The translations under genes and the position numbers were made by a program. Below the pieces are notes generated by a model. The model saw nothing but the letters and a program-made list of their open reading frames with translations. It ran no database searches and was not told the DNA's origin. A stretch of DNA of 64,000 nucleotides from Bdellovibrionales bacterium (lineage in GTDB: Bacteria > Bdellovibrionota > Bdellovibrionia > Bdellovibrionales > DASUEL01): NCBI GenBank assembly GCA_050250255.1, contig JBFWOZ010000001.1, positions 64,001 to 128,000 of the forward strand, given 5' to 3'. Positions 9,070 through 17,429 of the stretch are shown one piece after another (within the stretch, counting starts at the first letter, position 1; the number at the start of each line of letters is the position of its first letter).

Positions 9070-9528
9070 TTCTGACATTTTTTTGGAAATCAGTTCGGCT
9101 TCTTTAGTGGGGACGGGAGTCCACATTTCCACTTTTACCACTTGCGGATTAAAAGGATCCACTTGAGTGACTGTGCGTGTATCAATGCACGAATTCTGTT
9201 CTTTCATGTAGGTGTGATTCTTCTCAAGGCAAATGGAATAACACTGAGCATTCTGAGGGTTCATGCCGAGGAGGCGAGATCCATAAGTCAGTGCGCGTGG
9301 AGAAACATCATGAGTGGAGTAAGTGTAGGCCCCACAAGGTTTTTCTTTGAGCCCAATCGCTTTAGCCGCGCGATCAACCTTTTTGAGATTGGAGTTTCGT
9401 TGCTCCTCGATGCTCAGATTCATGCTTCCTCGAGCTGCTTTTAATTCCACTTCGTCGATATGACGTAATGGTATGGTGTCGCAGGCTGCAAGAAAAAGAA
9501 GAGTAAGTATAAGAACGTTTAAGCGCAT
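9046..9528 (-). CDS. Hypothetical lipoprotein
   Basis: Lipobox LAAC after a hydrophobic N-terminus. Confidence 0.7.
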   Translation of the reverse strand: MRLNVLILTLLFLAACDTIPLRHIDEVELKAARGSMNLSIEEQRNSNLKKVDRAAKAIGLKEKPCGAYTYSTHDVSPRALTYGSRLLGMNPQNAQCYSICLEKNHTYMKEQNSCIDTRTVTQVDPFNPQVVKVEMWTPVPTKEAELISKKMSELLLSLKK

Positions 9529-9551
9529 AAATCTAGGCTACACCTTGAAAT

Positions 9552-9582
9552 AAAAAAGCCAACCTTTTTCGGGTTGGCTTTT
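9552..9582. terminator. Intrinsic terminator
   Basis: AAAAGCCAACC/GGTTGGCTTTT hairpin with A/T tails, downstream of 9609..10238. Confidence 0.8.
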
Positions 9583-9608
9583 CGGTTTTCATATTTGTAA
9601 CTCATGTA

Positions 9609-10238
9609 TTAAGGAGCTGAGCAGGTACGTGCTAAATCATCAACACGACGCTTTGTGTATCCGAGATCCTGATCCACTTTTACAACGGTACGCTCAACAA
9701 ATTGAGTTTCGCGGCCTACAAGGTTTGCTTCCGCATCAATTTGATCAGCAATACGAACAGTGTCTCCACCTTGGCGTAAACGATTGTTGATAGAAGTCAC
9801 TTGGTTCTTCAGTTGGTCAGCACCAGACATGGCAGAATCAGCACTTCTTTCAGCGGGACCGAGATTGTTTGCAACAATGTTATTCACGATGGCGCGCACG
9901 CCTTCAGAGGTATCACTGCGATTGTTAATATCGTTTAAGAGACTGCGAATGTTGTACATCGCTTGTCGAGAAGAGAGAACTTGGCCTCGAATGGTATCAA
10001 TGTTGGGATGTAACTCACGAGTTAAATCGATGGCCTGTCCACTGCGGAGACCATAAGTGAGTCGCAAAATGCGATTTGCAGTTTGGGCAGCATTGGCGCT
10101 AGATCTTTGGGCATCTAGGAGCAAGCGTGAGTCAGCATCGAGACCTCGATTGATTTCTGCAGCTTGATTGTAGCAGGACTGCTGAGCGGAAGCGTTGAGA
10201 CTTACGAACGTAACTAAAGCAAGTATGTAACCTTTCAT
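9609..10238 (-). CDS. Secreted hypothetical helical protein
   Basis: Signal peptide ending ASA, AGGGGG RBS, heptad-like helical composition, two terminal Cys. Confidence 0.75.
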   Translation of the reverse strand: MKGYILALVTFVSLNASAQQSCYNQAAEINRGLDADSRLLLDAQRSSANAAQTANRILRLTYGLRSGQAIDLTRELHPNIDTIRGQVLSSRQAMYNIRSLLNDINNRSDTSEGVRAIVNNIVANNLGPAERSADSAMSGADQLKNQVTSINNRLRQGGDTVRIADQIDAEANLVGRETQFVERTVVKVDQDLGYTKRRVDDLARTCSAP

Positions 10239-10296
10239 GATTCCCCCTTTTAAGTGGTGCGTATTATCCTTTTACATCCACATCATACTGTCAAAT

Positions 10297-10312
10297 AGCA
10301 AGACCTAGGCCA
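10297..10312 (-). promoter_or_regulatory. sigma54 (-24/-12) promoter candidate
   Basis: Minus strand reads TGGCCTAGGTCTTGCT (GG-N10-GC with TTGC), about 60 nt upstream of the ATG at 10238. Confidence 0.65.
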
Positions 10313-10366
10313 CGGCACTTGGAGTCGCATTGGGACTGGACCAACGTTTGGGTTTTGGAAAACCCA

Positions 10367-10394
10367 TCAAGTTTCACCCCTATACAGTCGATAT
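10367..10394 (+). promoter_or_regulatory. sigma28-like promoter candidate
   Basis: TCAAG-N15-GTCGATAT ending 7 nt before ATG 10402. Confidence 0.5.
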
Positions 10395-10401
10395 TTTGAT
10401 T

Positions 10402-11697
10402 ATGGAAAATCAAAATAAAGAGACACAGACATCTTTTTTTCATCAACTTCAGGATTTTTTAGTAGTGCCGTTTCAGGCATGGCGTCGAACTGTATTTTTT
10501 GAGTTCGGTGCTAACAGCAGTTTGATCGGAGTCGCAATCTCCTCGTTATTCATTGCTGTTATGATTGGAGCTACAGGCTTACTTCAATATGTCGGCGGCT
10601 TATCAGCGGTCTTTTCACGAGTGCATTGGTTAGATCTCGTGGCGCTAAAAAGAATTGATGATTCTTTGCAAGGGCCAGTAGGTTCTTTTTTAAGTGCTCT
10701 CGCCATCTTTAGTTTTATTTTTGGAAGCTTCGGAGTTTTGAGGCTTATTGAATCTGTATTTGATCAACAGTGGGGCAAAATTACGGTTTCCAAATTTGCT
10801 CAACGAATACCTACTTATTGGATGACATTAACGATCGTACCAAGTTTTCTTGGAACGAGCATTATCTGGGCCTTATATCTTCAACTTTCTCCACAAACGG
10901 CACCCTTCTCAGAAGGGGTAAAAATTGGAAGTATCTTCGGACAATTTGTACTCTCGGCTTTTGCGTTAACGGCCTGTTATAAAATCATTAATCATCCTAT
11001 GGTGGCATATCGTTCTGCTTTTGTAGGCGGATTCTGGGCGGCGCTCTGCTTTGAAATTGTAAAAACGGCTCTTGTAGCTACAAGCACTTTAGAGATGAAC
11101 TTTAGCTCTCCCGTTGGCACTTTTTTCGTCTATGCGATTTTCTTATGTATTGGTTTTGTTTTTGTTTCTGCGGGTTTGGTTTTTGGAAATCATATTGCTT
11201 ACACAGATCAATACCGTTCTATCTTAGAAAAAATTTATATTCCTCACCAAAAAACAGAGCAGCGACCGACTCGCGAAATTGCGCTTGCAGCTTTGATCGA
11301 AATGACACGTCGATTTTATATCAAGAGCGATGGGGAACAGGCTCTGGGAATTGATCCTTTAGAAATCGCAAGTCTCGCTCGTACCACCCCTCAACGGGGT
11401 AAAAACGTTATTCGACTTTTAGAAAACGTGGGTCTTGTTAAAATTATTCAAGATAACGTTCGTGAAATCGCCGTTTTAAAAATTCATCCCGAGAGCCTAA
11501 GCCTCGACGAATTTTTGGCACGACTAGAGCAACGAATGCCAGCCTCAGGATTAAACGTGCCGTCACCGTTACCAGATGCTTCTAATACTTGGTTTTGGCA
11601 AGAGTATGAGCGTGCTTTAAAAGATCGCTTCGGAAGTCTTTCCCTCAAAGATCTTGCTGAGCTCAGCATGATTATGAAGCAGAAACAATCCGCTTAA
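10402..11697 (+). CDS. YihY/BrkB-family membrane protein with C-terminal winged-helix-like domain
   Basis: Multiple TM segments, IESVFDQQW and AFVGGFWAALCFEIVK YihY-like motifs, soluble HTH-like tail. Start moved to ATG 10402. Confidence 0.7.
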   Translation: MENQNKETQTSFFHQLQDFLVVPFQAWRRTVFFEFGANSSLIGVAISSLFIAVMIGATGLLQYVGGLSAVFSRVHWLDLVALKRIDDSLQGPVGSFLSALAIFSFIFGSFGVLRLIESVFDQQWGKITVSKFAQRIPTYWMTLTIVPSFLGTSIIWALYLQLSPQTAPFSEGVKIGSIFGQFVLSAFALTACYKIINHPMVAYRSAFVGGFWAALCFEIVKTALVATSTLEMNFSSPVGTFFVYAIFLCIGFVFVSAGLVFGNHIAYTDQYRSILEKIYIPHQKTEQRPTREIALAALIEMTRRFYIKSDGEQALGIDPLEIASLARTTPQRGKNVIRLLENVGLVKIIQDNVREIAVLKIHPESLSLDEFLARLEQRMPASGLNVPSPLPDASNTWFWQEYERALKDRFGSLSLKDLAELSMIMKQKQSA

Positions 11698-13040
11698 CGC
11701 GAGACCCAAGATTCCATTGCTGATTGAGCGCTCTTAATTTGGAGCGCTTTTTTTTCATCTTTAGGTAATTTTTGAGGAACTCCAGGAAAAAGCCCAAAAT
11801 TAATATTCGTTGGTTGAAAGTGTTCTTTTTCCGAGGTGATGGCTTCAAGCAAACTGCCAAGAGCACTTGCACGAGGTGGAGGCGAAAAAGATTGATCCGA
11901 GATTTTCTGTTCCAGAAACTGTGCGACCAACAAGCCAATGCAAGTGGACTCAAAATAACCTTCCACACCCGTGATTTGTCCTGCAAAAAAGAGGAGAGGA
12001 TCATGTTTGCTAGAAAGATCTTTGTTTAAAAGTTTTGGCGAATGAAGAAAGAGATTGCGATGAATGCTTCCTAACTTTAAGAACTCGGCATTCTCAAGAC
12101 CGGGAATGGTTCGAAAAATTCTGACCTGCTCACCGTAAGCCATTTTGGTTTGAAAGCCGACCATGTTGTAAGACGTCGCTTCTTTATTTTCTTGTCTCAA
12201 CTGTACAACGGCGTAGGGCTCTCGGCCGGTACGAGGATTTTTTAAACCTTTTGGTTTCATAGGACCAAAAGAAAGAGTTTTATCTCCACGATCCACTAAT
12301 TCTTCAATGGGCATACAAGATTCAAAGTAGGGAGTTTTACTTAACTCCTCCTTCTCAAATTCTTTAGCCTCCACTTTTCGTGCACTTTTAATTTCCTCGA
12401 TAAATTGGTAATACTGTTCTTTATCGAGAGGGCAGTTGAGATAATCAGGAGTGCCTTTATCGTAACGATCCGCTCGCCAAGCAATTTCGGTGTTGATGGA
12501 GTCGGCATCAATAATTGGTGCGATGGCATCGAAGAAATAAAGAAATTCATTTCCAAAATGTTTTTTTAGGTCTTGCGAGAGGGGTTCATGCGTGAGTGGA
12601 CCTGTGGCCACCACGCAAGGACGAGGAACTTCCTCGAGAGAGGTAATAGGTTTACGAATCAGTTGAACATTAGGATGATTCTCAATGAGTTTTGTCACGG
12701 CTTTCGCAAAAACAACACGATCTAATCCTAGAGCTTGTCCTGCGGGAACTTGAGCTTCAAAAGCGCACTTCAGAATGAAGGAGTTGAGTTGCTGAGCCTC
12801 CCATTTGAGCTGTCCTGGTGCGGAAATCGGGGAGAGGGATCCAAAAGAATTTGAGCAGACAATTTCAGCGCATTGATCTGTTTTATGCGCTGCTGTCATA
12901 ACCTCTCCGCGCATTTCATAGAGATCCACTTGAAAACCCTTATGGGCTAACTGAAGCGCACACTCGCTCCCTGCGAGACCTGCACCCACTACAGAGATGC
13001 GTTTTTTGAATTTCTGGTTTACTTGATCCGTAGTGCTCAT
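11694..13040 (-). CDS. trmFO: tRNA m5U54 methyltransferase TrmFO
   Basis: GAGLAGSE, EIVCSNSF, FFDAIAPI, YAVVQLRQE and GQITGVEGY motifs. Confidence 0.95.
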   Translation of the reverse strand: MSTTDQVNQKFKKRISVVGAGLAGSECALQLAHKGFQVDLYEMRGEVMTAAHKTDQCAEIVCSNSFGSLSPISAPGQLKWEAQQLNSFILKCAFEAQVPAGQALGLDRVVFAKAVTKLIENHPNVQLIRKPITSLEEVPRPCVVATGPLTHEPLSQDLKKHFGNEFLYFFDAIAPIIDADSINTEIAWRADRYDKGTPDYLNCPLDKEQYYQFIEEIKSARKVEAKEFEKEELSKTPYFESCMPIEELVDRGDKTLSFGPMKPKGLKNPRTGREPYAVVQLRQENKEATSYNMVGFQTKMAYGEQVRIFRTIPGLENAEFLKLGSIHRNLFLHSPKLLNKDLSSKHDPLLFFAGQITGVEGYFESTCIGLLVAQFLEQKISDQSFSPPPRASALGSLLEAITSEKEHFQPTNINFGLFPGVPQKLPKDEKKALQIKSAQSAMESWVSR

Positions 13041-13074
13041 GGTATATCAAGGCTCCATTGTCTAAGGGGAGTAA

Positions 13075-13452
13075 GTGTTGAAAACCGCAGAGGAAGTCCT
13101 ACAAAGTCTTTTGCAGAATGGCAAGTCGCCTCTGGCCGATCAGTTTTTACGATGGAAACTTTGGAAAGACTGGGAAAAGGTGGTTGGTCCATCTCTTGGT
13201 CGTCAATCTCAGCCTGTGGCTTATCAAAAGGGAATGCTTTACGTTTGGGTCAAAAGCTCGGCTTGGATGCAGGAGATGACTTATCACGTGAAGACACTCA
13301 AAACGCGTATTAACGAGCATGTGAAAAAGCCGTGGGTACGAGAGATTCGTTTTACGTTAGATCGCAGGTCAGTGCCAAATGTTGAAGAAGTTCCAGAGGA
13401 TTTAAAGGAGTTCCTTTCCAAGAAACCTCCCAATGCAGATGAGGCGCCGTAG
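13075..13452 (+). CDS. dciA: DciA/DUF721 family protein (replicative helicase loader)
   Basis: WEKVVG...LYVWVKSSAWMQEM...LKTRIN...IRF pattern. Confidence 0.8.
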   Translation: MLKTAEEVLQSLLQNGKSPLADQFLRWKLWKDWEKVVGPSLGRQSQPVAYQKGMLYVWVKSSAWMQEMTYHVKTLKTRINEHVKKPWVREIRFTLDRRSVPNVEEVPEDLKEFLSKKPPNADEAP

Positions 13453-14260
13453 AGCGACCCGTGTTTCCTGATATACCGATCACTTGATCTTTTTGCACTT
13501 CCTCATGTTCCTTTACCAAAATTTGATTCAAATGCGCCAGCTTGGTGTGAATTCCACTGCCATGATAGATGACGACCGTTTTTCCGGTGAGAGACATTTC
13601 CTCTACAAAGACGATTCGCCCATTTTGGGGCGCATGCACGAGCGTGCCGGTCGCGGCCCGCAAATCAACTCCCATATGGTAGTAACGATCATTATTGGGA
13701 AGAGTGCGTGGAGTTGCAAAGTGGGACGTCACGCGAGAATTGATAGGTTTTTTCCAACAACCTTTTAAAATTCCGTCTGTGAGTTGGTAAGTTTTTTCGA
13801 GCCGTAACGCTTTTATTTTTTCTGAGTCGACGTCTGCTTGCGCTAATAGACGCTGCACCTTCTCGGGCAGTTCAATATGTTCTAAAGCGCGAATGGAAGT
13901 CGAAACCTCAAGGGTAGTCCATGCCCATTCTATCGTCGGCCAAAATCCTCTTTTTGAATTTCCGAGAAAGGCAAAGCTGACTTTATTATGAGGTGAGAAG
14001 GGAATAGCTCCGATCCAAGACTGACTTTGAAAAGGCAGCAGGCGTTGTCCTTGAAGAGAGATGCCCTTTACCGTTTGAGACATCGGCAGCGAAACAAAAT
14101 CACCTGCTGAATACTTTTTGATAATAGGTACGAGCGTATTTGTGTATTGAAAATGGACCGTCGGGATACTGAAGAAAAAAAACACGACGGGAGTGAGCGC
14201 CACTGTGTAGGGGCTCTTATAAGAATTCCACAATGACTTCCATATCATTGTCCCATTCAA
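13352..14260 (-). CDS. M23 family zinc metallopeptidase
   Basis: HMGVD (HxxxD) and PHLHWEV (HxH) motifs; N-terminal hydrophobic segment. Confidence 0.9.
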   Translation of the reverse strand: MNGTMIWKSLWNSYKSPYTVALTPVVFFFFSIPTVHFQYTNTLVPIIKKYSAGDFVSLPMSQTVKGISLQGQRLLPFQSQSWIGAIPFSPHNKVSFAFLGNSKRGFWPTIEWAWTTLEVSTSIRALEHIELPEKVQRLLAQADVDSEKIKALRLEKTYQLTDGILKGCWKKPINSRVTSHFATPRTLPNNDRYYHMGVDLRAATGTLVHAPQNGRIVFVEEMSLTGKTVVIYHGSGIHTKLAHLNQILVKEHEEVQKDQVIGISGNTGRSTAPHLHWEVSWKGTPLNPLELLQHLALTCDLT

Positions 14261-14266
14261 ATGCGA

Positions 14267-15010
14267 TCACTCTTTCTTAGACTGGATCGTTTCTCTGATA
14301 ACATTTTTGATGTTCTTATCTTGGCTACCGCCGACGAAACGCTTTAATCCTTCGTAGATAGAGCGGTCATTAATAAGAGCACCAAGGCTTCCTGTTCCGT
14401 TATCAATTTTTTCTACAACACTCGTGAGGTTTTTCGTGAGAACTTTAAAGCTCTCGCTCGATGCTGTAAGGTTTGCCATCAGCACTCGACTTCTTCCCTC
14501 ACCATTTATATTTTGCATCAGAACGTGCATTTCATCGATAATTTTAAAGGCTTTCTGCAGTTTATCTCCGCTTTCGGCTAGTGTCTCAAGGATGCCACCC
14601 TTCCCTTCGGACTTTAAATACCCGTTATGAGGGAGAGGCGGATTCGTTGCACTTCCCGGGATAATATAGATGTATTTATCTCCGAGCGCTCCTTGTGTTC
14701 TGACATCGGCCATGGATCCTTCGGTGATTTGTTTTTGATAGCGTTGATCAATTTCCATAGTTAACTCTACAAGGTTGACTCCTTGCTCTTGAATGATCGC
14801 AATATCCGTGACGTTTCCTACTTTTATTCCAAGAATGTTCACCACGCTGCCAGTGCCAAGACCTTGGACCTGTTCTAACTTTACTTTCAAGTTATACTTC
14901 GTAATAAAGAGACCATCGCCGCCGAGCATGAGGACGGAGACGACAAAAAGGAGGAGGGCACCGCTGACCAAGAGTCCAACTTTAAACTGTAATTTTCTTG
15001 CTGGTTCCAT
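14267..15010 (-). CDS. mlaD: MlaD/MCE-domain protein
   Basis: N-terminal TM, GLGTGSVV...GIKVGNV and QGALGDKYI MCE motifs. Confidence 0.85.
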   Translation of the reverse strand: MEPARKLQFKVGLLVSGALLLFVVSVLMLGGDGLFITKYNLKVKLEQVQGLGTGSVVNILGIKVGNVTDIAIIQEQGVNLVELTMEIDQRYQKQITEGSMADVRTQGALGDKYIYIIPGSATNPPLPHNGYLKSEGKGGILETLAESGDKLQKAFKIIDEMHVLMQNINGEGRSRVLMANLTASSESFKVLTKNLTSVVEKIDNGTGSLGALINDRSIYEGLKRFVGGSQDKNIKNVIRETIQSKKE

Positions 15011-15741
15011 TAGGGTTCTTCTCCCTGAATAAATTCGTGAATAAGTCCACTTTCATTTTTATCGAGTTCTTCTCGTGTGCCGGATGCGGCAATTCGGCCA
15101 TGCTTCAGCATGGCGATGCGGTCACAAACCGCAAAAGCACTTGGCATGTCGTGAGTGACAAGAATCGAAGTCACTCCTTTTGCCTTCAGTCTTAAAATCA
15201 TGTCTTGAATACGTTTTGTATTATAAGGATCGAGTCCCGCCGTAGGTTCATCGTAAAGAACCACTTTGGGTTTGATAATAATCGCCCGCGCAAGGCCTAA
15301 ACGTTTTTGCATTCCGCCTGATAAATTGGCAGGATAAATTTGCTCGTTTCCTTGTAAGCCGAACTCTGCAAGCTGCTCTTTTATTTTCTTTTCAATTTCG
15401 GCTTCAGAATCATTCGTATGTTCTCTTAATGGGTAGGCCAGATTTTCATAAACCGTCATAGAGTCAAACAGAGCGCCACCTTGGAAAACGTATGCCACTT
15501 CTTTTCGAACTGCGACGAGGTCATCTTCGTTCATAATGTCGACACGTTCACCATTAACAAAAATTTCACCGCCGTCAGGTCTTTCGAGTCCGATAAGACT
15601 TCGAAGGAGAACGCTTTTTCCAGTGCCAGAACCTCCGAGAAGACCCAAACATTCGCCCTGCTTAACCGTAAAGCTCACGCCACGGTGTACGGCTTTTGAG
15701 CCGAAGCTCTTATAAAAATCTTTTACTTCTATGATGTCCAT
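15010..15741 (-). CDS. mlaF: MlaF-like ABC ATPase
   Basis: GGSGTGKS, LSGGMQKR and YDEPTAGLDP motifs; start at ATG 15741. Confidence 0.9.
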   Translation of the reverse strand: MDIIEVKDFYKSFGSKAVHRGVSFTVKQGECLGLLGGSGTGKSVLLRSLIGLERPDGGEIFVNGERVDIMNEDDLVAVRKEVAYVFQGGALFDSMTVYENLAYPLREHTNDSEAEIEKKIKEQLAEFGLQGNEQIYPANLSGGMQKRLGLARAIIIKPKVVLYDEPTAGLDPYNTKRIQDMILRLKAKGVTSILVTHDMPSAFAVCDRIAMLKHGRIAASGTREELDKNESGLIHEFIQGEEP

Positions 15742-16520
15742 TGCAAAAGTACCCAAAAAAGTTTGGTTAAAAAGAAATCACTGATCACAATAATGATTGA
15801 AGAAGTCACAACTGATTGTGTGGTGGCGATACCGACGCCAAGGGTTCCTGCCTTTGAAGTCATGCCATAATAGCAGGCCGTCACGCCAATAACGAGTCCG
15901 AACACCACGGTTTTCATAAGTCCAACCATGTAGTCTTTTGTCGTTACGGTATACGCCACTTTTTGAATATAAAAATCTGCGTCCATTCCGAGCTCGGTCA
16001 CGGCTACAATCATTCCGCCAAAAATACCTACGGAATTAGCAATGATTGTAAGGAGGGGAAGACAAACAACGGTTGCAACTATACGGGGAATAACAATTTT
16101 TTTAATCGGAGAAGTTCCGAGAGCACGAATTGCATCAATTTGCTGAGTTACTTTCATAGAACCGATTTCAGAGGCGATCCCGGCACCAACGCGTGCGGCG
16201 AGCATAAGACTTGTAAAAATAGGTCCAAGTTCTTTCACGATAGAAAGGGCTACAAGTTTTGGAATATAAAGCTTGCCCCCAAACTTTTCTAATCCATATC
16301 CGTACTGAAGTGCCATCACCATGCCTGTACATAATGCCGTCGCCGATACGAGTACGGTTGACTTCACGCCCACATGATAAATCTGGTCGATGATGAGCGC
16401 GGGGTAGTGAGGACGCTTAAAAGATTCCCGAATTGCTTTTTGTAAAAGAAGGGCCGTGCCACCCACGAGGTTGACCTTGTCGACCATAAATTTTCCAAAA
16501 GTCAGGACCACTGCATTCAT
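15729..16520 (-). CDS. mlaE: MlaE-like ABC permease
   Basis: KELGPIF and ASEIGSMKVTQQIDAIRALG motifs. Confidence 0.92.
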   Translation of the reverse strand: MNAVVLTFGKFMVDKVNLVGGTALLLQKAIRESFKRPHYPALIIDQIYHVGVKSTVLVSATALCTGMVMALQYGYGLEKFGGKLYIPKLVALSIVKELGPIFTSLMLAARVGAGIASEIGSMKVTQQIDAIRALGTSPIKKIVIPRIVATVVCLPLLTIIANSVGIFGGMIVAVTELGMDADFYIQKVAYTVTTKDYMVGLMKTVVFGLVIGVTACYYGMTSKAGTLGVGIATTQSVVTSSIIIVISDFFLTKLFWVLLQWTS

Positions 16521-17023
16521 TAGGGGGCCTCAAAGTTTTTTAGAAAGGATTTGAACACGTGTAGGTCCGATTCGAACTTTTTATCGAGAGCAATGTAGCT
16601 AATGGTATATGAACATCCGTTTTTCTTAAGAATCATGAATTCCATTTTTGTCATGATGCCATCAACTTTTCCTGAAATTACAGAGTTGAGTGCTTCCCGT
16701 TCGTTGTACGGAACTCTTTGTGACTTAAGAATTTGTGTTTCTTCTAATCCAAAAATTAATGATTGCTGTATGGATTCTAGAGAAGGATCTCCATCGTTGC
16801 ACGCAGAGCGAAAGGAAATGGATGTGTTATTAAATCCATTTTTCCATCCGTGATCGACGTCACTTGAATCAATCGCAACGAAAGGCTCTGGTGGAGCTTT
16901 AAATTTTATATTTTTTGCGGGTTCACTTTTCTTTGGACCGATTTGCACGGAAACACATCCGGAAACGCTGCCCGCTAAAAATAAAATCGCAATCATCAAC
17001 TTGAGCTTCATATGTTGTTCCAT
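16520..17023 (-). CDS. Hypothetical lipoprotein, first gene of the Mla-like operon
   Basis: Lipobox VSGC; stop codon overlaps the mlaE start. True start may be a few codons in. Confidence 0.75.
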   Translation of the reverse strand: MEQHMKLKLMIAILFLAGSVSGCVSVQIGPKKSEPAKNIKFKAPPEPFVAIDSSDVDHGWKNGFNNTSISFRSACNDGDPSLESIQQSLIFGLEETQILKSQRVPYNEREALNSVISGKVDGIMTKMEFMILKKNGCSYTISYIALDKKFESDLHVFKSFLKNFEAP

Positions 17024-17142
17024 GGCCTGATGCTTTCAAAGGTTGGAAATCACTCAATTTCTTATCGGTCTTCCTTCAAAAAAAATAATCCCCTCCCAAC
17101 CTTAGGATAGGACGATTTTTTGTTTTTCTAGGTGTCATGCGT

Positions 17143-17158
17143 TTGTCAGGCCTGACAA
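17143..17158. promoter_or_regulatory. Perfect 16-bp palindrome TTGTCAGGCCTGACAA, candidate enhancer (UAS)
   Basis: Lies about 70-90 bp upstream of the sigma54 box at 17230. Confidence 0.5.
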
Positions 17159-17229
17159 GAAAACGTGGTCGAGTTAACCGCGGCGAATGTACCTGTTGCA
17201 GCTTAGCGCGGGTTGCAGTCGTTCTCTTC

Positions 17230-17245
17230 TGGCACTTGAAATGCT
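17230..17245 (+). promoter_or_regulatory. sigma54 promoter of the flagellar operon
   Basis: TGGCACTTGAAATGCT has GG-N10-GC spacing with a canonical TGGCAC. Confidence 0.8.
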
Positions 17246-17267
17246 CTTCATGGTGGTAGGAGGTTAC

Positions 17268-17429
17268 ATGCAGAAAAAATCTTTCATGATGGAGATGTTT
17301 AAGTCTCTGAATAGACTCGTAAAACAAAATATCGAGAGAAATTCCTATATGATCCTTCGACCAAAGCCCAGTGAGACAATTGACAGCGTGGCTTTAATTC
17401 GGCTTTTGAGAAGGAGAACTTCTCGATGA
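17268..17429 (+). CDS. Small basic protein (53 aa) heading the flagellar operon
   Basis: AGGAGG RBS before ATG 17268; ATGA overlap with the next gene; lies directly after the sigma54 box. Confidence 0.6.
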   Translation: MQKKSFMMEMFKSLNRLVKQNIERNSYMILRPKPSETIDSVALIRLLRRRTSR

